Shown here: positions 1-7,047 of the stretch, piece after piece
Layout of the letters: each line of letters starts with the position of its first letter
How positions within the stretch are numbered: the first letter of the stretch is position 1
NCBI GenBank assembly: GCA_002345825.1
Contig: DDWD01000212.1
Span: 3,778-67,777, forward strand
DNA length: 64,000 nt
Origin: Bacteroidales bacterium UBA2295
Lineage (GTDB): Bacteria; Bacteroidota; Bacteroidia; Bacteroidales; Tenuifilaceae
Reading direction: 5' to 3'
The notes under the pieces: generated by a model
What the model was told of the DNA's origin: nothing
Databases searched by the model: none
What the model saw: only the letters and a program-made list of their open reading frames with translations
Position numbers and translations under genes: made by a program

Positions 1-975
1 GTAACAACTGGCTAGAGGCGCATTAAATTAACCCGTCAGGGTGCGAAGCTCCTGACGGCGTTAACGGAGCACCAAATAAAAAACGAGGGCTGGGTCTTGA
101 AGCGAACCTCTCAGCGCCGAGAAGCATGACAGCGTTCGAAAATATTCAACTTTCAATAAACGCTGACAGCTTGCTTGCCAATGGCAGGGCCTTGCGATGC
201 TGTCAGGTTTATCGGGGAGAGTTAACCCGTCAGCGTGCGCAGCTCCTGACGGCGTTAAAGGGAGTAGCAGACAGAATTAACGCTGACAGCTTGCTTGCCC
301 TTTGGCAGGACCTTGCGGCGCTGTCAGGTTTACAGAAAAAGTTAACCCGTAAGGGTGCGAAGCTCCTGACGGCGTTAAAGGGAGTAGCAGACAGAATTAA
401 CGCTGACAGCTTGCTTGCCCTTTGGCAGGACCTTACGGCGCTGTCAGGTTTATCGGGGGAGTTAACCCGTCAGCCCTGCCTGTCGCCAGACAGGGTGCGC
501 AGCTCCTGACGGCGTTAACTAGATGTCACTTTAAAAATGAGAGCTGGCTCTTAAGACGAACAGGTCAACGCTGGGAAGACCAGCCAAGGGCAGGTAAACT
601 GAAAGAGTTAACTACCATAGCACTTAATAAACGCTGACAGGGCCTTGCGGCGCTGTCTGGTTATTAACCCGTCAGCCCTGCCTGTCGCCAGACAGGGTGC
701 GTAGCTCCTGACGGCGTTAACTAGATGTCACTTTAAAAATGAGAGTTGGCTCTTAAGGCGACACTGTCAACGCTGGGAAGCCCTGCCATAAGGCAGGTAA
801 ACTGAAAGAGTTAGCTATCATAGCACTTAATAAACGCTGACAGGCCTTGCGGCGCTGTCAGGTTTACCGGGGAAGTTAACCCGTCAGCGTGCGTAGCTCC
901 AGACGGCGTTAATGGATTACCAAATAAAAGAACGAGGACTGGCTCTTGAAACGAACATATCAACGCTGTTAGCGT
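1..975. repeat. Mosaic REP/BIME-like array of palindromic units flanking the RAYT gene (left side)
   Basis: Hairpin A (AACGCTGACAG..CTGTCAGGTT) alternates with hairpin B (TTAACCCGTCAGG..CCTGACGGCGTTAA). The A+B composite recurs with an exact 120-bp period (250-289 identical to 370-409). A longer unit starting GGCGTTAACTAGATGTCAC occurs at 511 and 723. A third module, ACCAAATAAAA..CTTGAAGCGAAC, occurs at 71 and 919. Confidence 0.9.
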
Positions 976-979
976 TTTG

Positions 980-1642
980 CTAAATCAAGTCCTTTATCCT
1001 ATCTAAATCTTGCTCACATTGATGGAAGTATTTGAAGTTTGCCAAATCGCCAAACCACTCTATCACTTCTTGACGCATTAGGTTCGTCTGGTTTGGTGAG
1101 ATAATACCCTGGTACGAACTCCAAGGATACTTGCTCATATCATCGACAAAACCATGCTTTACCGGATTATGGTGAATGTAGTACACTAAATATCGCAGGT
1201 ATGTTTCATTCTCTACTCGAATCCGTTTAAATGGTCGCTCGAAAAGTGACCCGGTTCGGATGACTCTCCGATTAAAATGGCTGGCGTAGGCATTGAAAAG
1301 ATGAGAAAAATGCTTGGATGGGTTTGGAATCTTCTTTAAACTATCATTTGAGGTAGCAACCTCAAAACGACTGATTGTATCCCATTTAACCTCCTTAAAC
1401 CGTTTGGGGTTAATAGTGTTGTCTGAACCTGAATGTTTCTAAACAACATCTTCCTTAATCCTTACCAATAAATGAAAATGATTGCTCATTAGGCAGTAAG
1501 CAAAGGTATCGGCAATGGGGTCAATAAACGCTTTATAAAGTGAAAGAAAGTGGGTGTAATCATTAACACCATTAAAAAGGTTGGTAGAATTGATTCCACG
1601 GTTAAAGATATGATAGTAGGATCCAGGTTCCAACACTTCCAT
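980..1642 (-). pseudogene. REP-associated tyrosine transposase (RAYT, IS200/IS605 TnpA-like Y1 HUH enzyme) with a single in-frame TAG
   Basis: The minus-strand frame is continuous for 221 codons apart from TAG at 1441-1439. The N-terminal part has the HUH motif (SNHFHLLV). The central part reads GSLFERPFKRIRVENETYLRYL and the C-terminal part reads YYIHHNPVKHGFV. The gene is flanked on both sides by REP hairpins. Confidence 0.8.
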
Positions 1643-1726
1643 TTATCTATGATTTTAGATGGAAGTTACTTTGTTTTAGAATAAAGTACAAATAATCTGG
1701 AAGGATTAAGTTTTTATAAAAGAAAA

Positions 1727-1915
1727 AACGCTGACAGTCCTTGCGGCGCTGTCAGGTTTACCGGGGAAGTTAACCCGTCAGGGTGCGAAGCTCCTGACGG
1801 CATTAACGGTGTACCAAATAAAAAAACGAGGACTGTGGTTCTTGAAGCGAACCTGTCAGGCTTTGCAGCGCTGACAGGTTTATCAGAGAGAGCTAACCCG
1901 TCAGCCCTGCTTGTT
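1727..1915. repeat. REP-like units, right side of RAYT (proximal block)
   Basis: Uses the same hairpin A and B modules and the ACCAAATAAAA module (1813) as block 1-975. The last hairpin B, with its inner CCCTGC..CAGGG hairpin, is interrupted at 1915/1916. Confidence 0.85.
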
Positions 1916-2239
1916 GGCGATAGCCGTCAAGCTAAGGATACAAAACAAACAAATATTAACAAATATTTCTAGTGGATTGTGCAGAATATGAATACCATAG
2001 CCCTCGTAGAGCCTGCCTGGCTGGCAGACAGGGGCATATAGCGATTGAAGAGATTAATGCAAATGATTTTAAGCGCTTCGTAGACCTGCCTGCCGGCAAA
2101 GGCAGGTGCGCAATAAGGGATAAGAAATCATAATATCTATTGCACACCCTACGGGGTGCTTTAGGTTTTGAAATTTAGTCCAATCGCTATCAACCCTCTA
2201 CGAGGGTATTGAAAATTGCTTAGCTTGACGGCTATGGCC
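1916..2239. mobile_element. MITE-like non-coding palindromic element (copy 1), nested inside a REP hairpin
   Basis: Terminal inverted repeats are GGCGATAGCCGTCAAGCTAAG (1916-1936) and CTTAGCTTGACGGCTATGGCC (2219-2239). The element is flanked by the direct repeat TGTTGGC (1912-1918 and 2240-2246). Inside are the inverted repeats CCCTCGTAGAG../..CCCTCTACGAGGG and ATAGCGAT/ATCGCTAT. It is homologous to 37513-37750 in the opposite orientation. Confidence 0.75.
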
Positions 2240-2335
2240 TGTTGGCAGTCAGGGTACGAAGCTCCTGACGGCGTTAACGGGAGTAGCAGACAGAATAAAC
2301 GCTGAAAGGGTCTGGCGGCGCTATCAGGTTTGTGG
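2240..2335. repeat. REP-like units, right side of RAYT (distal block)
   Basis: Contains the second half of the split hairpin (..GGCAGTCAGGGTACGAAGCTCCTGACGGCGTTAAC). This is followed by the GGGAGTAGCAGACAGAAT linker and a degenerate hairpin A. The block ends at the deoC stop codon. Confidence 0.8.
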
Positions 2336-3238
2336 TTAATATTTTGCTCCCGAAGCCGATGCGGAAAAGTACTGAACTTTTTCGCCTACAATATCAGACA
2401 ACAAATTATCGGCCAGTCGACTAGCGCCTAAACGTAGCCACTTATTGTTGAGCCACTTCTCGCCAAGAATCTCCTCAACAATTGAGTAGAACATTATGGC
2501 ATCGGCGGCAACGGTCATACCCCCAGCAGGTTTAATGCCTACCATACGTCCTGTTGCATCGTAGTATTCCTTTGCAGCTTGGCACATGACGTAAAGTGCC
2601 TCTGGGGTTGCGGCCACATCAATTTTGCCTGTAGATGTTTTTATAAAATCGGCTCCAGCCTCCATGGCTAGGAAAGATGCCAAACGGATATCGGAGAGCG
2701 AGGGCATTGCTCCAGTCTCGAGAATGACCTTAACCTGTGCATCGCCGGCAACCTCTTTTATCTGCTGCAGCTCTGAAAATACGGTAAAGTAATCGCCCTC
2801 GAGGAAATAGCCCAACGAGATAACCACATCGAGTTCATCGGCACCCATCTCGAGGCACATTTGGCACTCGGAGAGTTTTATATCGATAAAAGTTTGTGAA
2901 GCAGGAAAACCAGCAGCTACCGAGGCAATTTTAACATCTTTTGCTGTTAACGTATTTCGTACTGACGATACAAGGCTTGGGTAAACACAAATAGCCGCTA
3001 CGTTTGGAATGTTAGGGTATTGTTTTGCCAAATTATTTACCCTTTCCGCAAACAGCTCACCACGTTCTATGCTATCGGTTGAGTTTAGTGTGGTTAAATC
3101 AATTAAGCTAAAGCATCTTTTTAATAAATCTTTATCGTTCAGCCTATCACCTACTTTTGTTTTAATTGCTTCAAGTGCATTGGCAATAGCGCTTTCATCA
3201 ACCTCTACGTTGAATTTCTCTTCAAATGACATATTCAT
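2336..3238 (-). CDS. deoC: Deoxyribose-phosphate aldolase (long form)
   Basis: Motifs LIDLTTL, AAICVYP, VAAGFPASQ, the Schiff-base Lys region DFIKTSTGK, and GIKPAGG. Start moved to ATG 3238 (MNMSFEEKF). Confidence 0.9.
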   Translation of the reverse strand: MNMSFEEKFNVEVDESAIANALEAIKTKVGDRLNDKDLLKRCFSLIDLTTLNSTDSIERGELFAERVNNLAKQYPNIPNVAAICVYPSLVSSVRNTLTAKDVKIASVAAGFPASQTFIDIKLSECQMCLEMGADELDVVISLGYFLEGDYFTVFSELQQIKEVAGDAQVKVILETGAMPSLSDIRLASFLAMEAGADFIKTSTGKIDVAATPEALYVMCQAAKEYYDATGRMVGIKPAGGMTVAADAIMFYSIVEEILGEKWLNNKWLRLGASRLADNLLSDIVGEKVQYFSASASGAKY

Positions 3239-3304
3239 AATCAATGATTTTTCGTTGAGTTGCAAAGATAATATAGATATTAGCAAAAACCTTTGCCGTA
3301 TTAA

Positions 3305-3643
3305 TTACTTTAGCTTGGGATTGTTTATATGACGGGTTGCATCGCGGGTATTCCGCTTGTGAAAAGCCTCCTCCATGGCTTTTTGCAAATCGACGCCAGT
3401 TTGGTTAGCAAGACACACGAGTACAAAAAGCACATCGGCCAACTCCTCTGCAATATTATCTGCTCTCTCACCCTTTTTGAACGATTGATCGCCATAAGTA
3501 CGAGTAAGAATACGAGCCAACTCGCCCACCTCCTCCATAAGGACGCCCATATTGGTAAGCTCACTAAAGTAGCGAACACCCTTGGTTTGTATCCATTTAT
3601 CAACCTGCGCCTGAAGTTGCCTAAGCGTTTGCTCCTCCTCCAT
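3305..3643 (-). CDS. MazG-type nucleotide pyrophosphohydrolase domain protein
   Basis: 112 aa, helical, with paired acidic motifs EEVGELA and EELADVLF. The start codon overlaps the dtd stop (TAATG at 3641-3645). Confidence 0.8.
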   Translation of the reverse strand: MEEEQTLRQLQAQVDKWIQTKGVRYFSELTNMGVLMEEVGELARILTRTYGDQSFKKGERADNIAEELADVLFVLVCLANQTGVDLQKAMEEAFHKRNTRDATRHINNPKLK

Positions 3644-4095
3644 TACTCCTTATTTTTAGTGTCGATAATTATGGTTACAGGGCCATCATTTTCCAGAGAA
3701 ACAAGCATCTTCGCACCAAATACTCCCTCTTTTACAGGTAGTTCCGATTGCTCTAGAAGTCTCTCGACAAACCTATTGTAAAGTGGAATGGCCACCTCAG
3801 GGCGAGCTGCATTGATGTATGAGGGTCGGTTTCCCTTTTTAGTTTTAGCATGCAGGGTAAACTGGCTAACCACAAGAAACTCGCCGCCAATATCAGTAAT
3901 TGAGAGATTCATTACGCCTTGGTTATCGTCAAATATCCTAAGGTTGCACAGCTTGTTAACCATCCAGTCAATATCATCAAAAGTATCGAACTCTTCAAAA
4001 CCTACCAGTATTAAGATTCCCTGTTCAATTGAACCTGTAACCGAATCATCAACAGATACCGATGCACTGGCTACTCTCTGTAAAACTACTCTCAT
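3643..4095 (-). CDS. dtd: D-aminoacyl-tRNA deacylase
   Basis: 150 aa with MRVVLQRV, GILILVG, VVSQFTLHA and NDGPVTIIID motifs. Confidence 0.92.
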   Translation of the reverse strand: MRVVLQRVASASVSVDDSVTGSIEQGILILVGFEEFDTFDDIDWMVNKLCNLRIFDDNQGVMNLSITDIGGEFLVVSQFTLHAKTKKGNRPSYINAARPEVAIPLYNRFVERLLEQSELPVKEGVFGAKMLVSLENDGPVTIIIDTKNKE

Positions 4096-4288
4096 AGAAA
4101 AATTAGTATAATTACGGGGTTATTGAAACTTGCGAATAGGTGCATCTTTCCTGAGATTAAAGTGCATTCGCATTTCTCGATGGCAAAATCAAGCCAGCCT
4201 CAAAAACCGATTAAACGAATACCCAAACAAAAATGGTTTAAAAACCTTTTGAATCCAATTTTCTGAGAGCAAAAAATCAAAAGGTTAG

Positions 4289-4296
4289 TATATTTG
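4289..4296 (+). promoter_or_regulatory. Bacteroidota-type -7 promoter box TATATTTG
   Basis: Matches TAnnTTTG and lies 31 nt upstream of ATG 4327. The ORF-track TTG start at 4294 falls inside the box. Confidence 0.5.
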
Positions 4297-4326
4297 CCCT
4301 CTAAATGGCAATTGGTTGTATCTATT

Positions 4327-5424
4327 ATGGGAAAACTTTTGGAAAACACTAGCTATAACAACCCTTTAACGCATCTTTGGAATCACCATAGTATTCAGCA
4401 AGATACTATTCCAAAAGTACAACCAAAGGATACAACCGAGGCTATACCCGAAGGGATTAACCCTCTATTCCTAATGATAGAGAGGAAAAGCCGAGAGGTA
4501 GAGGCCATAAAGGAACAGGTTGAAAAGCCAAAACCTGCAGTATTGCGCCGCCCTGTTGTAGCAAATGTGGATACAACATGCTACATCTGCAGAGACAAAG
4601 AATACACACCACTTCATGCTGTTGTTAGCGGTGGCGAACAATCCCCATTACCCCTCGTTGGCAGCACACTATACGATGTTGAGTATTACAATGAGTTTGT
4701 AAACCTAAACCAGCAAGTTTTCATAGAAACAAAGCCTAGCAAGCCAACAGGAAAAATTACTATTAAGCCATTAGAACGATCAGAAATAAATGCACCCTGG
4801 CTTTTTTTCCCAATGGTTGCCATGCTAATCCTGCTGGCTTTTCTTAAGATCTTTTTTTCCAAGGAATTAAGGGAAGTATTTAGGAGTGCTCTCTTTTTCC
4901 ACATTGGCAAAAAGATAACCCGAGAAAACCCAATTGTGCTTAACCGTTTTTTCAGGGTGCTCGATATAGCTACACTAATCTCATTACCAGTTGCTATTGT
5001 ACAAATCACAAACCTTATTGACTACCCAGATTACGGCAACATAGATACAACCAAACTTATTCTATATATTTTAATTGGGCTCACTATTTTTAGGGCATTC
5101 CGCTTTTTTTCTTTAAAGATTATTGGATTTGTGTCAAACCAAACGGTAGCCATCGACTTGCTTCATATTAACCAGCTAATTTACACCCGACTTTTGGGAG
5201 TTATTCTGATACCGCTAAACCTGCTTATGCTATATGCCGCTGGCAGTGCAAGGATGGCTTTTGTGTATATTACCCTTAGCGCATTAGCCATAATCATGAT
5301 ATACAGAGGGGTTAGGATAGTGCAAGTTTTTCTTTTTAATGGATTTTCGATGTTCTATTTATTTTTATATCTTTGTGCCCTCGAAATTATCCCCATTCTG
5401 ATAATTATCAGTGAGATTTTTTAG
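4327..5424 (+). CDS. Multi-pass membrane protein (DUF4271-like, unknown function)
   Basis: Soluble N-terminal half and a C-terminal half with at least 6 hydrophobic helices. It sits directly upstream of hemD, as I recall for DUF4271 genes in Bacteroidota. The family assignment is from memory only. Confidence 0.55.
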   Translation: MGKLLENTSYNNPLTHLWNHHSIQQDTIPKVQPKDTTEAIPEGINPLFLMIERKSREVEAIKEQVEKPKPAVLRRPVVANVDTTCYICRDKEYTPLHAVVSGGEQSPLPLVGSTLYDVEYYNEFVNLNQQVFIETKPSKPTGKITIKPLERSEINAPWLFFPMVAMLILLAFLKIFFSKELREVFRSALFFHIGKKITRENPIVLNRFFRVLDIATLISLPVAIVQITNLIDYPDYGNIDTTKLILYILIGLTIFRAFRFFSLKIIGFVSNQTVAIDLLHINQLIYTRLLGVILIPLNLLMLYAAGSARMAFVYITLSALAIIMIYRGVRIVQVFLFNGFSMFYLFLYLCALEIIPILIIISEIF

Positions 5425-5453
5425 GGGATATTGTGTTGTTGAATAAAACATCT

Positions 5454-6212
5454 ATGACCTTGAAGATCAAAAAGATTATCGTATCGCAACCCGAACCCCA
5501 AAGCGAAAAGTCACCTTACCTCGAGCTAATCAATAAGCACAATCTTAAGATTGATTTTCGACCCTTCATACAGGTCGAAGGGGTTTCGTCCAAAGAGTTC
5601 CGCCAACAGCGAATTGATATTCTGCAGCACACTGCTGTAATCTTCACCAGCCGCACAGCTATAGATCATTTTTTCCGTATCTGCGAAGAGGTTCGTGTAA
5701 CTGTTCCGGAAACTATGAAATACTTCTGCATTACAGAGGCCATTGCGCTTTACCTGCAAAAGTATATTGTGTACCGTAAGCGCAAAATTTTTTACGGTCC
5801 AGGAACTTTTTCACAGCTAATGGATGTGGTAAATAAGCACAAAACCGAGAAGTTTTTAGTTCCCCTCTCGGATATGCACAAGGCCGAGATCCCAAAATCG
5901 CTCGACAAATCAAAGGTAAAGTACAGCAAGGCTATTCTTTACCGAACTGTTAGCAGCGACCTATCTGACCTGAAAGACATTTATTACGACATCATAGTAT
6001 TTTATAGCCCCAGCGGAATAAAGTCGCTGTTCAAGAACTTCCCCGACTTTGAACAGAATAACACCAAAATTGCAGTGTTTGGCCCCACTACAGCAAAAGC
6101 TGTCAAGGATCACAAGCTCCGCATTGATATTCAAGCACCCACACCAGCTTGTCCTAGCATGACCCAAGCGCTTGACGAGTTCATCACAAAGTTCAACAAG
6201 GAAAACAAGTAG
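5454..6212 (+). CDS. hemD: Uroporphyrinogen-III synthase family protein
   Basis: HEM4-like two-lobe pattern: IIVSQPEP, AVIFTSRTAIDHFF, IVFYSPSGIKSL and IAVFGPTTAKA. Start moved to ATG 5454. Confidence 0.75.
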   Translation: MTLKIKKIIVSQPEPQSEKSPYLELINKHNLKIDFRPFIQVEGVSSKEFRQQRIDILQHTAVIFTSRTAIDHFFRICEEVRVTVPETMKYFCITEAIALYLQKYIVYRKRKIFYGPGTFSQLMDVVNKHKTEKFLVPLSDMHKAEIPKSLDKSKVKYSKAILYRTVSSDLSDLKDIYYDIIVFYSPSGIKSLFKNFPDFEQNNTKIAVFGPTTAKAVKDHKLRIDIQAPTPACPSMTQALDEFITKFNKENK

Positions 6213-6294
6213 GCCCTATCCTTAAATTATACGATTATCAGTAATGGCAAATTAACCTTACTGTGGGCTGATATAAACAACACAACGTACAGCC

Positions 6295-6705
6295 ATGAGG
6301 CCATTTAGCTTCCCTAAAAGCGAGCGCCTTTGCAGCAAGAAAACCATCGATTCAATTTTTGAATGTGGGCTAAGCGTGTTTTCATACCCAATTAAGGTTA
6401 ACTACTTAATCGAACCCTTTCAGCAGGATCAAGCGCTGGCCAAAGCACTTTTTGTGGTTCCCAAAAAAAAGTTTAAGCGAGCGGTTCATCGAAATGCAAT
6501 CCGCAGAAAGATGCGGGAAGCCTACCGCCTAAATAAGCATACGCTTGCCCCTTGGTGTAACGAAAACAACATTCAGGTTAGCATTGCCTTTATATACATT
6601 GCATCGGAAATGCTTAGCTTTGAACAAATCCAGTTGGCAATCGTTAAATCATTTTCGTTAATTAAGCAGCAACACAACAAGCACCAACCCAAATCGGCAC
6701 AATGA
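6295..6705 (+). CDS. rnpA: Ribonuclease P protein component
   Basis: FPKSERL start and the basic RNR-like motif [21 protein letters not shown]. It lies upstream of yidD with a 4-nt ATGA overlap. Confidence 0.9.
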   Translation: MRPFSFPKSERLCSKKTIDSIFECGLSVFSYPIKVNYLIEPFQQDQALAKALFVVPKKKFKRAVHRNAIRRKMREAYRLNKHTLAPWCNENNIQVSIAFIYIASEMLSFEQIQLAIVKSFSLIKQQHNKHQPKSAQ

Positions 6706-6932
6706 AATCCATAAGAAAAGTATTTGTATTTTTACTTTCACTGCCCATTAGGGCATACCAACTTTTCATTAGCCCTCACACGCAGCCCAGCTGCCGTTAC
6801 TACCCCACTTGCTCAACCTACTGCCTCGAAGCGCTGAAGAAACACGGCCCAATTAAGGGTTTATGGCTTTGTGTAAAACGGGTTGTGAGCTGTAACCCTT
6901 GGGGTGGTCATGGTTACGACCCAGTACCCTAG
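6702..6932 (+). CDS. yidD: Membrane protein insertion efficiency factor YidD
   Basis: [17 protein letters not shown] and [12 protein letters not shown] motifs. Confidence 0.93.
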   Translation: MKSIRKVFVFLLSLPIRAYQLFISPHTQPSCRYYPTCSTYCLEALKKHGPIKGLWLCVKRVVSCNPWGGHGYDPVP

Positions 6933-7047
6933 ACAAAAAGGATTTACCCGCATTTGCTTTTTTTAACTCAAAACACATCTTTGAGTTTACTTATTGGATT
7001 AATATTTGTTTACTTTGTTTTTCTGTTTTCAACAAACACGACTTATT

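Noticed and set aside
126-509. 127-aa ORF with an internally repeated peptide (..ADRINADSLLALWQDL.. twice), plus the overlapping ORF at 422-637
   Set aside because: The repeat in the peptide is just the translation of the 120-bp tandem REP unit. The region is made of hairpins, has no promoter box or plausible start context, and the sequence matches no protein family I know. I treat it as non-coding.
1-975. Possible CRISPR array, because of regularly spaced palindromic repeats
   Set aside because: The segments between the repeats are themselves repeated (no unique spacers). The period is 120 or ~212 bp rather than 60-75 bp. No cas genes are present. The repeats flank a RAYT gene, which fits REP/BIME elements.
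1439-1441. TAG in the RAYT gene as a recoded codon (pyrrolysine or suppression)
   Set aside because: TAG ends ordinary genes in this window (e.g. yidD, hemD and the S41 peptidase gene) and no pyl genes are visible. A nonsense mutation or a base-call error is the simpler explanation.
1956-2147. 63-aa minus-strand ORF inside the MITE-like element
   Set aside because: It spans the two mini-hairpin insertions, is Cys/Arg/Leu-rich as expected from translating palindromes, and is not conserved as an ORF in copy 2.
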